A stretch of 64,000 bases of DNA from an uncultured Alphaproteobacteria bacterium (lineage in GTDB: Bacteria; Pseudomonadota; Alphaproteobacteria; RF32; CAG-239), in contig CALXTU010000005.1 of NCBI GenBank assembly GCA_944391495.1, positions 8,565 to 72,564 of the forward strand, given 5' to 3'. The notes beneath the pieces are model-generated. The model worked only from the letters and a program-made list of their open reading frames with translations. It had not been told where the DNA came from and ran no database searches. The first letter of the stretch is position 1, and each line of letters opens with the position of its first letter. Shown here one piece after another: positions 61,756 to 64,000 of this stretch. The translations under genes and the position numbers were made by a program.

Positions 61756-61760
61756 CGTAC

Positions 61761-61790
61761 AAAAAAGCCCCTCAAAGAGGGGTCTTTTTT
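61761..61790. terminator. Bidirectional terminator
   Basis: AAAAAAGCCCCTC-aaa-GAGGGGTCTTTTTT. Confidence 0.8.
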
Positions 61791-61810
61791 GACTTCAATA
61801 TCCGCAAGCA

Positions 61811-62278
61811 TTAAAACGGAATATCATCATCAAGCGGCGCCGCACTGCCGGAAGATGCCGGCGTCGAATCCCAGCCGCTGTCGGTTGTGGCAAACACATC
61901 GTTACCGCCGGCCGGAACACCATCACCTTTGGCATCAAGCAAAACCATATTGCCGCTGAAATTCTGCAAAACAACCTCGGTCGTATACCGTTCCTGACCG
62001 TTGGAATCTTCCCAGCGACGGGTTTGCAACTGCCCTTCCAGATAAACTTTTGACCCTTTGTGCAAATATCTCTCCGCCACGTCAGCCAGTGCCGGATTAA
62101 AAATAACCACCCGGTGCCATTCCGTTCTTTCTTTACGTTCGCCGCTGGCTTTGTCTTTCCATGAATCGGACGTGGCAACGTTTAAGTTGACGATTTTGGC
62201 GCCGCTGGCCGTGTTGCTGACCTTGGGATCCGCTCCGAGATTACCGACCAAAATAACTTTATTAATGCTTCCAGCCAT
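61811..62278 (-). CDS. ssb: Single-stranded DNA-binding protein
   Basis: [27 protein letters not shown]. Confidence 0.98.
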   Translation of the reverse strand: MAGSINKVILVGNLGADPKVSNTASGAKIVNLNVATSDSWKDKASGERKERTEWHRVVIFNPALADVAERYLHKGSKVYLEGQLQTRRWEDSNGQERYTTEVVLQNFSGNMVLLDAKGDGVPAGGNDVFATTDSGWDSTPASSGSAAPLDDDIPF

Positions 62279-62354
62279 TCTTTTTTATCCTTATTTTATT
62301 TCCAAATTAAAACTGCTTTTAAGTATACCCGGATATTTGCGCAATGCAACAAAA

Positions 62355-63464
62355 TCAATCAACCTGTGCATATTCGCCGTTCACGATCTGATAAACTTCA
62401 TACCCGCTGCTCTGCAGGGCATTACCGTTGACAAAGTCAACCTTTCCCCACGGCAGTTCAAACTGTTTGCCGTTTCTCTGGGCATCAACTTTGCCAAAAT
62501 CGAAACTCCCTGCCCGGCGAACCATCTCGCTCCACAATCTGACCGCCGCATACCCGTAAACACCGAGTCCACGCGGCTCATATCCGGCCAGTCGCAGCCG
62601 CACCAGCTCTTCGGTAAACGTCGGATTATCTTTCAAATCTTCTTTTGCCAGAACATAAACACCCTCGGCAAAATTTCCCATTTCCCTGAAGAAATAAGGC
62701 GTCGCCATATATTCGTCTATCAGCAGAACCGTATTCTGCTTTTCTTCCTGCAATTTTTGCGCCAACCTTGCCGTTGCTTCGGGACTGCCCAAAATATAAA
62801 CAATCTGGCTGTTCAGCAAAATCTCTTTAGCCGCCGTTTCATAATTTTCAGCATAACCGGCCGCATCATAAAGCATAATCTGCCCGGAAAGATCATGTTC
62901 ATTAAACAGCTCCCGCACCCGGTGGGCCGTTTCCGCCGTCGCTGCCAGCGCGCTGTCATAAACCATAGCAACACTTTTCCCTGAAAACTTCTGCTGATAA
63001 AATTCAAAAAAAGTATCGGCCTCCTCGCTCATAATACCGCCGATTTTAACCAACCCCGGCTTATCAAGCCCGTATTGGACTTTACCCAGCGGAACAGGAA
63101 CAATCCGGGCGATTTTTCCGCCGGCATAAATATCCGAGATTCTGACAAACTCATTGCCGCAATACGGACCGATAACCAGACTGATTTTGTCTTCTTCCGA
63201 CGAATTAAGTGCCATCATCTGCGCTGCCGAAACGGCAAAAGAGTCCTCACACCGGTCGTCAACCGTAATCAAATTCAGTTGTTCGCCCATCAGGCCGCCG
63301 TTCTTATTAATTTCATCAACCGCCGTCTGCGCACCCTCGGTCAGCTGATGACCGAATTTTGCCATTGCACCCACCTTCGGAGCCACCACGGCAATATTTG
63401 CCGCCTGCGCACTAACAGCCCCCAATAATTGAACGGCCAGAACGAATTTCGCCAATTTTATCAT
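62355..63464 (-). CDS. Branched-chain amino acid ABC substrate-binding protein (LivJ/K-like)
   Basis: IAVVAP..G..A.FG, AVDEINKNGG, DDRC, VIGPYC. Confidence 0.85.
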   Translation of the reverse strand: MIKLAKFVLAVQLLGAVSAQAANIAVVAPKVGAMAKFGHQLTEGAQTAVDEINKNGGLMGEQLNLITVDDRCEDSFAVSAAQMMALNSSEEDKISLVIGPYCGNEFVRISDIYAGGKIARIVPVPLGKVQYGLDKPGLVKIGGIMSEEADTFFEFYQQKFSGKSVAMVYDSALAATAETAHRVRELFNEHDLSGQIMLYDAAGYAENYETAAKEILLNSQIVYILGSPEATARLAQKLQEEKQNTVLLIDEYMATPYFFREMGNFAEGVYVLAKEDLKDNPTFTEELVRLRLAGYEPRGLGVYGYAAVRLWSEMVRRAGSFDFGKVDAQRNGKQFELPWGKVDFVNGNALQSSGYEVYQIVNGEYAQVD

Positions 63465-63613
63465 AATCGCGATTAGTCTCGACTTAAATTTAAACTTCCG
63501 GCATAGTAGCATTTTATCTGTTTTTTGCAACCTTTTTTTCAAATAACGTTTGACTCGCCGATGAAAGTTTCTAGAATTTAGCCAATCAGGTTAATGCAAA
63601 TCAGGAAACCACC

Positions 63614-64000
63614 ATGCTGAAAAAATACACTTTCAAGTCTGATAACCCCGGATATCATGTTTTGTTTCTGGGCGCCGTTCACGGCAACGAACCGAGCGGT
63701 CCAAAAGCCATATCCATGGCCGTGCAAAAATTTGCCTCCGGCGCCCTGACGCCGCTTAAAGGCACGGTATCGTTCATTCCGGTATGCAATCCCCTGGCTT
63801 TTGAGAAAAACGTTCGCCAGATTGACGAAAACCTAAACCGCATTATCCGCAAATACGAACATCCGGCAACCTACGAACAACAACTGGCCGACGAACTGGT
63901 CGACCATATTGCCGCCGCCGATGTCATCATCGACCTGCACTCGACTTATTGTCCCGCCGCCGAACCTTTTATCTTCAGCGATTATCCCGATGCTCTGGCC
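63614..64000 (+). CDS. AstE/AspA-family (M14-like) metallohydrolase, partial
   Basis: Not in ORF track; LGAVHGNEPSG, PVCNP, ENLNR, IDLHST. Confidence 0.85.
   Translation, partial: MLKKYTFKSDNPGYHVLFLGAVHGNEPSGPKAISMAVQKFASGALTPLKGTVSFIPVCNPLAFEKNVRQIDENLNRIIRKYEHPATYEQQLADELVDHIAAADVIIDLHSTYCPAAEPFIFSDYPDALA

Overview
Chromosomal window of a moderate-GC alphaproteobacterium, probably an uncultured gut-type lineage such as RF32 (inference from gene order and anaerobe-type accessory genes). The backbone is housekeeping: ppiD-tpiA-secG-pyrG, atpHAGDC, priA/xerC, xth, dgt, nagZ, uvrD, pheST, rplT/rpmI, lolCD, flgFGAH, an RND pump, rplM/rpsI, ssb, plus three tRNAs (Leu-GAG, Met-CAT, Arg-TCT). The most striking signal is a dispersed family of secreted Cys-rich proteins (927-1592, 1795-2295, 60997-61755, plus a collapsed remnant at 53216-53705). 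The three intact members share one 5-Cys N-terminal module but carry different C-terminal tips. The loci share near-identical control DNA: an 83-bp promoter block, conserved RBS leaders and a pseudo-palindromic site GC(A)4-7-CGTTCC-(T)7GC. At 60860-60969 two such sites form a perfect 19-bp inverted repeat around a 72-bp segment; as sequenced it completes a terminator between promoter and gene, and flipping it would rebuild the leader seen at 1590-1643. This looks like a genome-dispersed phase/antigenic-variation system with no adjacent recombinase. Other notable items: Chlamydia-type aaxBC, pagP, Firmicutes-type motAB with a CtrA-like box, a C4-like structured RNA, a CPHC/CxxC redox cluster, and tandem-domain FlaF and ArsR proteins. 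All homology calls come from recognising sequences, not from database searches.
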